DNA of 48,128 bases from a bacterium (GTDB lineage: Bacteria; Patescibacteriota; Minisyncoccia; UBA6257; 2-01-FULL-56-20), in contig JAKALK010000001.1 of assembly GCA_021813155.1 (NCBI GenBank), positions 1 to 48,128 on the forward strand, in the 5' to 3' direction. Within the stretch, counting starts at the first letter, position 1. Each line of letters begins with the position of its first letter. The position numbers and the translations under genes are program-made. The notes beneath the pieces were generated by a model that worked only from the letters and a program-made list of their open reading frames with translations, was not told the DNA's origin and searched no databases. Positions 8,781-17,046 of the stretch are shown here, piece after piece.

Positions 8781-10037
8781 CTACACCTCAAAATACCCTT
8801 GCAGCAAATACTCCCTCGACTTCTTTTCTAATTCGTCCTTACCAAAATAGGCAACAAAAATCTTGTTCCAAAGTGCTTCTTGATGGTGATATAGATACTT
8901 AACCATCTCTTTTTCCTTAACTAAAGACATGACGGTATCTACAATATTAAAACTCACCAAAACATCGCGCCCGATTTCATCTTTAAAGAAATCGCCCACC
9001 CAATCCAAATTTTTCCAAAAAACGAGCTCTTCTGAAAAACCGTCTAAAAACGACCCGATCCTTGCCAAATTTTCCCCGGCCTTAGCCCAGTGGATACCCT
9101 CAGGATTAATATGAGGCACGAAAAGTCGCCAGTCATTTTCGTCCTCTTTGGCTAAGTACCTTTGAACTACCAGCCATAACGAGCGATCGCTATCCGGAAA
9201 ATGGCGATCTATAACATCGCCCCGAAGAAGCGAAGCTAAGCTCCTAGAAAAAGTTATCTCATTTTTTGCAATCTCTCTAAAAATATCAGAGTAAAAAGGA
9301 ATCTCATAAAGATAATGAGCAATCAAAACGAACATCCTAAGAATCTCGCCTGAAATCCCGAGCATTGTCGGAATCACAAAAACCACACCGAGTTCTTTTA
9401 GGTGACTTATGTTGTGTTTTTTCTTAATCACAAATCCCTGAGCCACCCCAGACCACTTTTCGCTCAAAGCCTTTACAATTATTTCCCTTTCTTCAAAATC
9501 ATTGGGTTTCAAATTTTCATATTGTTTGAAAAAAACGTTATTTAACCACTCGCTTCCTTCCACAAATCTTAGGGCGGAATAAACTTCATAGATATCCTCT
9601 TTCGAAAGCATATCGGAAACAGAACTGTATCCTAAAGCCGACATTACTTTTGTCGGAGGCTCTTTAGTCAAAAATTCCCTCGCTTTATCAATCTTTAAAA
9701 ACAAGCCCTTAGGGGGATCGACTGTCTTTCTCGCAATATCCGCAATATTCTGACAATCCTTAACTAAACGACAGTCAGGATTACCGAGAGCCTGAAAAAG
9801 CCTCCGGTCATCCGACTCAATTTTAGAAATAATAGCGTCGTAAATCTCCTTCGCATCCGAAGAACTAGAAACTCCAAGCGTCAGCATTCTATCCTTTACT
9901 AAATCCCCATTTTCTTCAAGCGCGGCTTCCAAGGCGCCTCTCTTGCCTGTAACCACCTCAAATCTACGCTCAATCGACGCAACGTAGTCTTTATCAGTCC
10001 TTAAAATTTTTCCAATTTTCTCATAAGCGTCCATCAT
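8781..10037 (-). CDS. hypothetical protein, 418 aa (soluble, no recognised domain)
   Basis: Long ORF with native-looking composition. It starts 4 nt after the stop of the upstream PfkB kinase gene, so it is probably co-transcribed. Confidence 0.7.
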   Translation of the reverse strand: MMDAYEKIGKILRTDKDYVASIERRFEVVTGKRGALEAALEENGDLVKDRMLTLGVSSSSDAKEIYDAIISKIESDDRRLFQALGNPDCRLVKDCQNIADIARKTVDPPKGLFLKIDKAREFLTKEPPTKVMSALGYSSVSDMLSKEDIYEVYSALRFVEGSEWLNNVFFKQYENLKPNDFEEREIIVKALSEKWSGVAQGFVIKKKHNISHLKELGVVFVIPTMLGISGEILRMFVLIAHYLYEIPFYSDIFREIAKNEITFSRSLASLLRGDVIDRHFPDSDRSLWLVVQRYLAKEDENDWRLFVPHINPEGIHWAKAGENLARIGSFLDGFSEELVFWKNLDWVGDFFKDEIGRDVLVSFNIVDTVMSLVKEKEMVKYLYHHQEALWNKIFVAYFGKDELEKKSREYLLQGYFEV

Positions 10038-10041
10038 AAAA

Positions 10042-11088
10042 CTATATACTATATGTTTTTATTAGAAGATTCTTCCATCTTTGCTGATCTTCAAACTCTC
10101 GTTTAGTCAAAATTCCCGACTGTGCTCCGACTTGCTCTACGTTAGAAGTTGCGTTAGCGCTCCCCAGTCGAATGGCCCGGCGTAAGTCGTCCGGCTTAAA
10201 TTGCCTTTTTTTAAATACTACTCGACGTAAACTCTGAAACAAACCCGCCACAAAACCAGATCCAAACGCATCTCCTGCTCCGGTTCGATCAGCCACTCTT
10301 TTTTCTCGATAAATCCCAGCTTTATAGATTATCCGCCCATCTGAAACCATAACTCCTTTTGGCCCATCCGTCATCACCGCTAGTCCTCGAACCAGAGTGT
10401 CGAACCTTTCAAAAATCCCTTTCTCATCTTCGTACTTCTTACCCGTTAGAACCGCCCCCTCTTCTCGATTTAAGATAATTAGATCGAGATTCCGTAAAAT
10501 TGATCCAAGTTTTACCGCTCCCATCTTAAGATAAAATCCTGATGGGTTCATCGCTATAAACGCACCTTTCTTTCTAAGTCGAGAGATTATTGCGCTTAGA
10601 ATCGGGAAAGGAATATGCCCCGGCGCAATATACGCCACATCAAAACTAAAATCGCTTGCCTGTAAATCTCTATTGGTTAAGTTGCGCGAAACTCCGCGAA
10701 AAACCAGAATTGTCCTCTCTCCAGTCGGCGAAAGCAAAATCACCGAAGCGTCCATCTTCGTACGCTTCTCTGGTTTAAAAACCGGCTTCACTCCCTCTTT
10801 AACCAAAATGCCAAAAATGTCTCTCCCATTCTGGTCGCCACCCAATTTTACAAACGCGCTCGTTTTAAAACCCTGTCTAGCAAAAGTTACAGCCGCATTC
10901 GCCGCATCCCCTCCCAGCGTAAACAGCAAATCCTGAACTTCGGTTTTTCCACCCAAAGCAAAACATTGAGCTTCGCCAGTTGGAAACCCAAGTTTTATAA
11001 GATGAGCTGGATCATCTACCACTCTAAAAAGATCGCTTGAAACTACAATGTCGCGTGATGCCGTCCCAATAGTAACTACTTTAATCAT
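10042..11088 (-). CDS. PfkB/ribokinase-family carbohydrate kinase
   Basis: 348 aa. N-terminal GxxxxD sheet (VVTIGTASRD), GG dipeptide region, and the C-terminal signature DRTGAGDAFGSGFVAG. Confidence 0.85.
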   Translation of the reverse strand: MIKVVTIGTASRDIVVSSDLFRVVDDPAHLIKLGFPTGEAQCFALGGKTEVQDLLFTLGGDAANAAVTFARQGFKTSAFVKLGGDQNGRDIFGILVKEGVKPVFKPEKRTKMDASVILLSPTGERTILVFRGVSRNLTNRDLQASDFSFDVAYIAPGHIPFPILSAIISRLRKKGAFIAMNPSGFYLKMGAVKLGSILRNLDLIILNREEGAVLTGKKYEDEKGIFERFDTLVRGLAVMTDGPKGVMVSDGRIIYKAGIYREKRVADRTGAGDAFGSGFVAGLFQSLRRVVFKKRQFKPDDLRRAIRLGSANATSNVEQVGAQSGILTKREFEDQQRWKNLLIKTYSI

Positions 11089-11095
11089 TAATTCA

Positions 11096-11101
11096 ATTAT
11101 A
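11096..11101 (-). promoter_or_regulatory. -10 box TATAAT ending 7 nt upstream of the kinase ATG (possible leaderless transcript)
   Basis: The minus strand reads ggcTATAATtgaattaATG. No SD is possible in the 7-nt gap. No convincing -35 was seen. Confidence 0.3.
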
Positions 11102-11220
11102 GCCTAAAACCACATTCTTCAGGAAGTGAAAAAGTATTTTTAAGTCATCTGGGTTGGCTGTAGAACCCTAGAATAAGGCTATTAAATCGAGGCGGTGGCT
11201 CAAAGACCCTTTTTCATAAT

Positions 11221-12297
11221 TCACAACTTCCCTTCTTCACCTTCGGTTTCTAAATTCGGAAAATAAGGCTGGAAAATCCCATTGATCCTAAATTTAACCG
11301 GTTCAACCTTAATCGATCTTCCACCTCCCTCCCGTATAATACCAACCTTCACCAATAACCCACTCATTGTTTCCGGCGAAAAAGCCTGATCAAATACAAA
11401 GTTTCCTAAACTATAAAAAATCCAGCCCTGCTTATACTGCTCGATCTCTTCTGGCACATGCGGATGATGGCCCACTACGATATCCGCCCCGGCTTCAATC
11501 ATCTCCCGAGCCATTTTCCTCTGTAATTCGTTCGCCCGAATTTTATACTCATCCCCCCAATGCCAGGATACCACCACAAAATCTGCTTTTTCTTTCGCAG
11601 ATTTTACTGCCTCTTTTACCGATTCAGGATCGGAATCACTAATACCAGCCCCATCGGGAGTCGCCGAAAGACTCTTCGGATAAAGATTAGTATAAGCTAG
11701 AAAAGCCACCTTCATTCCACCCACCTGAAGAATCTTTGCTTCGTTTGCCTCGCTATAATCAACTCCCGCTCCTACTGATTCAATTCTCATCTTGCGAAGA
11801 TAATCCACCGTATCTACAAGAGCTTCTGGGCCGTAATCCAAAATATGGTTGTTGGCCAGTGATAAAACGTCAAACCCTGCTGTCTGAAGGGCTTGAGACA
11901 CCTGAGGATCAAATCTAAACGAATATTCGCTTCCCTGCTTCGTACCCCTATTAGAAATCGGCCCTTCTAAATTACCGAACACTAAATCTGCTCCTTGTAA
12001 AAAACCGGCCACTTTCAAGAAAGGAAAATTAAAGTCCTTATGTTTCTCAATCTGAGAAGCCACTCCCCTCCCAACCATTACATCCCCCACAAAAACCAAA
12101 ACTCTCTCTTTTGTATTTTCCGCTTGCTGCTTGTTTAAAAAATACTGATAACGACTATTGAGCGCTGTTGAATCGGAAGCAGCCTCCTCAATCTGCTTCG
12201 CGTATGAACTCATCTCGTCGTAAAAATTCACCCACCATAACAAGCCCATAACTGACAATACGGCCGCCACTAACCCCAAAAAAACCATCCTCATCAT
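11221..12297 (-). CDS. CapA-family (PGA_cap) metallophosphatase-like protein with an N-terminal membrane anchor
   Basis: 358 aa. N-terminal TM (VFLGLVAAVLSVMGLLWWV), GDVMVGRG, LANNHILDYG, and HWGDEY...GHHPH motifs of the CapA family. Confidence 0.8.
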   Translation of the reverse strand: MMRMVFLGLVAAVLSVMGLLWWVNFYDEMSSYAKQIEEAASDSTALNSRYQYFLNKQQAENTKERVLVFVGDVMVGRGVASQIEKHKDFNFPFLKVAGFLQGADLVFGNLEGPISNRGTKQGSEYSFRFDPQVSQALQTAGFDVLSLANNHILDYGPEALVDTVDYLRKMRIESVGAGVDYSEANEAKILQVGGMKVAFLAYTNLYPKSLSATPDGAGISDSDPESVKEAVKSAKEKADFVVVSWHWGDEYKIRANELQRKMAREMIEAGADIVVGHHPHVPEEIEQYKQGWIFYSLGNFVFDQAFSPETMSGLLVKVGIIREGGGRSIKVEPVKFRINGIFQPYFPNLETEGEEGKL

Positions 12298-12440
12298 TCT
12301 TTAATAATAATCACTCAGCGCCCAAAATAAAACCACCCCGAAGGGGGGTATTTCAGAAGCACCAAAAATACCTATTCAAGTATTTAATACTATTCATTAT
12401 ACCCCGCTCAAACTACGAAATGTCGCTCTGTGGAAAACCT

Positions 12441-12470
12441 AAAAGCGGCCCCATTTAGGGAGCCGCTTTT
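12441..12470 (-). terminator. terminator hairpin after the 1043-aa surface-protein gene
   Basis: AAAAGCGGC (12441-12449) pairs with GCCGCTTTT (12462-12470), 9 bp plus inner CCC/GGG pairs, 22 nt after the stop. A second short GC hairpin with a TTTTATTTT tail (minus sense) lies at about 12331-12350. Confidence 0.6.
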
Positions 12471-12492
12471 ATATCAGCTAAAAACTCTCATT

Positions 12493-15400
12493 CTAATTCG
12501 CTCCCGCCGGCGTTCCGCCTCCGGGCACAGTACATGTCGGAGCCGGTCCGTGCGAGTAGAGATAATCATTCAAGATAATCAAGTCAAACACATCCGGCTG
12601 ACCATCTCCATTGAAATCCGTCTTCACTCCCGTTGGCACCGTTCCGCCGCTGAAAATGTAGTTCTGATACATTACCGAATCACTTGCGTTGATTAAGCCA
12701 TCGGCATTAATGTCGCCGCAAGCCGCGGATGATACAGTTGTAATCGTCATTGTCTGACCGGCTACTGAATTGCAATTGTAAGCCTCATAGCTAGATTGCC
12801 CAACAGCGCCGCAATTGGAAAAGTTGGTTGCATTAGTAGTCCCTGGTTGGCCCGAAGGAAGAACGTCGGCATAGGCATCCACTATAGCCATGCCCCCCGC
12901 TGGGATCACGAGAGTACCCGTAAAGGCATACGTCCCGTTATTTACGAGTACGGGCTGAGTAATACCAAATTGCTGTCCACCAACCATAACTCTTATATTC
13001 TGAAAACTGCTTGCGTTCTGCCCGGCACCAACAGTAATGGTATTGATCCTTATTCCTTCTGAGCTTGGAGCTTTTACGATATATGAACCGATTTTAATGT
13101 TATTAATACCTGCAAGGAAACTACCTGGCCAAAAGGCTGTATTTTGAGACACGGAAATTTGATCAGCTACAATTACAGTCAATCTGTTTTCGGCAGTCGC
13201 CCCCTTGTTATCTTTAACAGTTACTTTTAACGTATAAGTTCCCGCTTTCAGCCACTTTACATCCATACAGAGAGAATTTTGTCCCGCTGGTTTAGTTCCG
13301 CAATCAACCGGTTGCTGGTAGATAGCACCGTCAACATAGGGATCTAACATACTTGTAAAGGTAGTGCCTGCGTAATCCGCAAAATCATAATCTCCGGCAT
13401 CCCACCTTAAACGTGAAGTTTGGCCCACTGCTTGACTAAGCGAAGCAGGGAAAGACGCGAAAAACGGTGGATGATTTACTGCCGTCCCCGCAGAATCAAT
13501 CGCAAAGTAATTATCGCTCCCATCAGAGCTACCTGTGGTCGGAGAATTAGGAGTGGCATCGCCAACATAAACTTTATAGTAAGATCCTGCCGGTATACTA
13601 AGAGGTATATTCCACGCAAAGTAATCTCCATAAGTCGCATTCGAACTATCTTGAGGATTACTTCGCCAAACAGCCGAGCCATCCCGAATGACATACTGTG
13701 TTCCATATCGAGCCCCCGGAGTGTAGTCAATCAAATTAATGGCAATATTTTTACCGCTATTATTTCCCGTCCATTTTACAGACCAAACTGAACCAGCAGA
13801 CCAATTTTCTCCCCCATTAGGTGAAGTGATTGTTATCCCCTGAGACGATGTGTTTCTCAAAACATTTACATAATCGCTCCTGCTTCCCGCAGACAAAGAA
13901 CAAACCATCGAAACTGCATAATCCCAGTTATTTTTATTCTCTTTAAGAAACACTGTCCGTTCACCCGATGGCGGCAATCCGTTGATAGCATCGCCCAAAT
14001 CATTTGGCAAAAAATTACAACTGTCAGCGTTAACTGAAGTCCACGTAAGTTTAACACTCTTGCCCCCGGCGGGTATGCTTACTGAGCTGTCTGACCCATC
14101 AATCCGAAAATCAACTTTCATATAATCGGCTGGTAAAAGCGTGAATGGATTATCGCTTCGATCAGTCGCTCCGGTTTGAGTGTTGACCAACCTAATATAG
14201 TAACCGTCTCCGGCCGGAGCATAATTTGAATCTCGATCAATTTCGCCAAACCACTGTATAGAACCTTTACCAGCTTTAATGACTTTCCCAACCGTGACAA
14301 ATTGGTCTCCCTGTTTCTTTTCAAGATATGCCTCCACAAAATTAGATTCTGGATCGGGAGTCCATTTGATAAAAACATTGCCTGAATTAAGCATCCACTT
14401 CTCACCTCCATTCGGTGAGACAACGGTTATTCCTGTTGTATTGGAAGCCGAAGCAATTATATTAAAATAATCACTTTCAGCTACAACTTTATTGGGTTCG
14501 CCAAATTTTATAAGCTGAATTTTATACATACCTGGCTTAATCGTCACTTGCCCGCAACTACTGGTGCATCCTGCTTCAAGAACAACTCCGTCCCAAATCA
14601 TTGATGTCGCGCCAGCGCCAAATAAACCAACACTTCCATTAGTACTATTCCCATAAATATCCACCAAAACTGTCTTATAAGCTAGAATATGCGAATCAGA
14701 GAACATAGGTTTATTCAACTTTATCTCGATTGGTTTTCCTAATTCCACATTCTGGCGAGCCACCGGCGATATAATCTTCATCCCAGTTTGGCTAGGAACT
14801 TGACTGAATCTAACTTCAACCCTAAACTCCCCAGCCTCTCTAAAACCACTAGGATCGTTTCCGGTAAATATCAAATATCCGGTTTCAGTTTGAGGAACTG
14901 AAAAATTTATCGAACCTTCAAAGTTGAATTGAGTGACACTCGGTTCGTAACTAAAATTAGTAACTTTCAATATAGCAACTCCGAGCTTCCGGCCGCTAGA
15001 ATCAAATAAAGAAGCATTGCCAGCCTCTCCCTCAAAAACACCCCACTTACCCTTAGAAGCATAACCGCTTATCTTAAGAGGAGAAGAAACAACTTGTCCT
15101 GATTGCGGAGATACCACAACTATCGCAGAATCTGGCTTCGGCTGAACTACATTGTCCCCGCACTCATAAAGCTGATTCAGCTTTTTCCTCGTTGATGCGC
15201 CCACGTAACCTGTTCCGCTCTTAAGACCGTTCGGCGTAAGAATCTCGCTTCTATATTTTTCCTGAAAACCACTTACTGCCGAAGCAGTCATCTCGTCAAA
15301 ATTCAAAGCTGTTCGTCCGTCTTGAAAAACATCTTGACTCAAAAGACCCTCTTTAACTAAAGCTCGGTCAAGATTAGTCACGTCATCATTTTGATCGCCA

Positions 15401-15624
15401 ATTTTCAAGTTCGTGTTAAATGTGTAACACCACTGCTCACCACTTCCTTGCGCTGTCGCTAATTGACCCTGCAAAACCTTGATTTTATCCAAGAGCGCTT
15501 GAATTTGCGCCTGTAACGCCGAAACAGTCACATCGCTTGTCTGAGCCAAACCCCGCCCCGGCAATATTAATAAACCTAAAAACAAAACCCCAACTATAAA
15601 ACCGCTAACTATTTTTTTATTCAT
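12493..15624 (-). CDS. giant secreted surface protein: signal peptide, coiled-coil motif, PG_binding_1-like domain, several Ig-like modules, C-terminal type-I dockerin repeat pair
   Basis: 1043 aa. Signal peptide MNKKIVSGFIVGVLFLGLLILPGRGLAQ. Helical motif VSALQAQIQALLDKIKVLQGQLATAQ. PG-binding-like block AVSGFQEKYRSEILTPNGLKSGTGYVGASTRKKLNQLY. Repeated GIT(V/I)(V/T)SPNGGE(K/N)W modules. C-terminal GDINADGLINASD...TDFNGDGQPDVFD, two DxNxDGxxxxxD calcium loops. Confidence 0.85.
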   Translation of the reverse strand: MNKKIVSGFIVGVLFLGLLILPGRGLAQTSDVTVSALQAQIQALLDKIKVLQGQLATAQGSGEQWCYTFNTNLKIGDQNDDVTNLDRALVKEGLLSQDVFQDGRTALNFDEMTASAVSGFQEKYRSEILTPNGLKSGTGYVGASTRKKLNQLYECGDNVVQPKPDSAIVVVSPQSGQVVSSPLKISGYASKGKWGVFEGEAGNASLFDSSGRKLGVAILKVTNFSYEPSVTQFNFEGSINFSVPQTETGYLIFTGNDPSGFREAGEFRVEVRFSQVPSQTGMKIISPVARQNVELGKPIEIKLNKPMFSDSHILAYKTVLVDIYGNSTNGSVGLFGAGATSMIWDGVVLEAGCTSSCGQVTIKPGMYKIQLIKFGEPNKVVAESDYFNIIASASNTTGITVVSPNGGEKWMLNSGNVFIKWTPDPESNFVEAYLEKKQGDQFVTVGKVIKAGKGSIQWFGEIDRDSNYAPAGDGYYIRLVNTQTGATDRSDNPFTLLPADYMKVDFRIDGSDSSVSIPAGGKSVKLTWTSVNADSCNFLPNDLGDAINGLPPSGERTVFLKENKNNWDYAVSMVCSLSAGSRSDYVNVLRNTSSQGITITSPNGGENWSAGSVWSVKWTGNNSGKNIAINLIDYTPGARYGTQYVIRDGSAVWRSNPQDSSNATYGDYFAWNIPLSIPAGSYYKVYVGDATPNSPTTGSSDGSDNYFAIDSAGTAVNHPPFFASFPASLSQAVGQTSRLRWDAGDYDFADYAGTTFTSMLDPYVDGAIYQQPVDCGTKPAGQNSLCMDVKWLKAGTYTLKVTVKDNKGATAENRLTVIVADQISVSQNTAFWPGSFLAGINNIKIGSYIVKAPSSEGIRINTITVGAGQNASSFQNIRVMVGGQQFGITQPVLVNNGTYAFTGTLVIPAGGMAIVDAYADVLPSGQPGTTNATNFSNCGAVGQSSYEAYNCNSVAGQTMTITTVSSAACGDINADGLINASDSVMYQNYIFSGGTVPTGVKTDFNGDGQPDVFDLIILNDYLYSHGPAPTCTVPGGGTPAGAN

Positions 15625-15704
15625 ACGATTAGATTTTCTTAATGAAGAATGAATTTAGAAAATCAATCGTCCCGAGGAGTCTCGGCGACGAGGGATTACA
15701 TTAA
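15625..15704 (-). repeat. copy A of a ~78-bp structured palindromic element abutting a start codon
   Basis: 15627-15668 is 100% identical to 16962-17003 (42 nt). The next 31 nt match at 22/31 by hand alignment. It lies 2 nt upstream of the ATG of the 1043-aa gene. The strand is given as mRNA sense; the functional strand is unproven. Confidence 0.85.
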
Positions 15705-15772
15705 CCCCGCCTTCATTAAAATTTATTATTGCCCTCCCAATTTTTAAAGTTCTAAGGGCTCAAAACCAGCTC

Positions 15773-15816
15773 GACTTTACTATTTAAATAATATTTCTTT
15801 CTTACTCTATTTGCAA
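15773..15816 (-). promoter_or_regulatory. candidate sigma70-like promoter of the 1043-aa surface-protein gene
   Basis: The minus strand reads TTGCAA (15811-15816), 17 nt, TATTAT (15788-15793), 9 nt, AAAGTC (15773-15778). This would give a ~150-nt 5' UTR that contains repeat copy A. Confidence 0.4.
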
Positions 15817-15826
15817 CAATGCCAAA

Positions 15827-15944
15827 CTACTTTTTCCGCCTAATTACTTTAAAAACAGCGCGAACAATATCCGGAACGTCCATGTCCCAATTTTGCCTGA
15901 AACGCAGCAAAGCAGCAAAGTCGAGGATCCCGCCATCGGCGGGG
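15827..15944 (-). pseudogene. degenerate relic of a transketolase C-terminal-subunit 3' end
   Basis: An open frame (+1 relative to tktC) runs directly after the tktC stop: SPADGGILDFAALLRFRQNWDMDVPDIVRAVFKVIRRKK*. Its last 20 aa share 9 identities with the live tktC tail YGMGILNIKTAVKKVLRRKR*, and both end in KV(L/I)RRK(R/K)-stop. Confidence 0.4.
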
Positions 15945-16961
15945 CTACCTTTTTCTTCGTAGAACCTTCTTCACTGCGGTCTTAATGTTTAATATCCCCA
16001 TGCCATATTTTTCAACCAATTCACTCGCCGGCCCCGACTCTCCAAAAACATCCTGCATTCCTATAAATTCCATAGGGCAGGGAGCGTTTTTAGCCAATAT
16101 CTCCGCGACAGCTCCACCTAAACCTCCCAAAACCTGATGCTCCTCAACAGTTACCACCGCTCCTGTCTTCCGAGCTAATTCAATAATTTTTTTCTCATCC
16201 AAAGGCTTTATGGTATGAGAGTTTAAAACAATCACCCCAATCTTCTCCTTCTCCAAATCCCGTGCCGCAATTAGCGCATTATATAGAAGCTGACCACACC
16301 CGATTATTAAAACCTGCGGTTTTAATAATCGCCCCGAGCCGGAAGAGGGGCTCCATAAAACCTCCACCTTACCTGGTGTAAATGGAGTTTCGTCAGTTGT
16401 AAAAACAGGACTCTTCTCTCTACCGAGTCTTATGTAAACCGGTCCCCAAATCTTTGCAGCCGCGAGTGTCGCCTTTTTAGCTTCAATCGCATCACAGGGC
16501 ACGATAACTTTCATATTCGCCATCACTCGCATAGTTGAAATGTCTTCAATCGCCTGATGGGTCGCCCCATCCGGTCCCACTGAAACACCGGCGTGCGCAC
16601 CTACAATTTTCACATTTGAATCGTTATAAGCAATCGTTGTTCTAATTTGCTCCCAGTTTCTTCCTGGGCTAAAAGTCGCGTAAGAAGCGATAAAAGGAAT
16701 CTTTCCAGAAACCCCGAGACCCGCCGCAATTGTCGCCAAGTTCTGTTCGGCCACTCCTACTTCAAAAAATCTCTCTGGAAACTTTTTCGCAAAAGCCTCG
16801 ACTCGCGTCGATTCCGTTAAGTCGGCAGAAAGCGCCACGACATTTTCATTTTCTTCACCAGCCAAAACCAAACCCTCACCAAAACCATCGCGAGTGGCAG
16901 TCATTTTTAATTTGCTCTCATCAAACAAATCCTGATTAAGTTTTGCGTTAGGATTTAACAT
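15945..16961 (-). CDS. transketolase, C-terminal (pyrimidine-binding plus C-terminal domain) subunit
   Basis: 338 aa. FFEVGVAEQN and GPDGATHQAIEDIS motifs; paired with the N-terminal subunit gene upstream. Confidence 0.9.
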   Translation of the reverse strand: MLNPNAKLNQDLFDESKLKMTATRDGFGEGLVLAGEENENVVALSADLTESTRVEAFAKKFPERFFEVGVAEQNLATIAAGLGVSGKIPFIASYATFSPGRNWEQIRTTIAYNDSNVKIVGAHAGVSVGPDGATHQAIEDISTMRVMANMKVIVPCDAIEAKKATLAAAKIWGPVYIRLGREKSPVFTTDETPFTPGKVEVLWSPSSGSGRLLKPQVLIIGCGQLLYNALIAARDLEKEKIGVIVLNSHTIKPLDEKKIIELARKTGAVVTVEEHQVLGGLGGAVAEILAKNAPCPMEFIGMQDVFGESGPASELVEKYGMGILNIKTAVKKVLRRKR

Positions 16962-17039
16962 GATTAGATTTTCTTAATGAAGAATGAATTTAGAAAATCA
17001 ATCATCCTGAGGAGCACAAGCGACGTAGGATTACTTAAA
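16962..17039 (-). repeat. copy B of the ~78-bp structured palindromic element, filling the tktN-tktC spacer
   Basis: The identical 42-nt core is at 16962-17003, flush with the tktC ATG (16959-16961). The related 31-nt arm is at 17004-17034. The whole 85-bp spacer between the tktN stop (17047) and the tktC start is essentially this element. Confidence 0.85.
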
Positions 17040-17046
17040 TTTTTAG

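Noticed and set aside
15928-15943. A CCCGCC/GGCGGG hairpin right after the tktC stop, considered as the operon terminator.
   Set aside because: The loop is only 3-5 nt, and no T-tract follows on the minus strand. It may contribute to termination or be part of the relic, but I cannot support a terminator call.
15627-17003. Whether the two identical 42-nt repeats could be a degenerate CRISPR array.
   Set aside because: There are only two copies, 1.3 kb apart and separated by a complete conserved gene (tktC). No cas genes are present, and each copy abuts a start codon. It is better described as a dispersed structured element.
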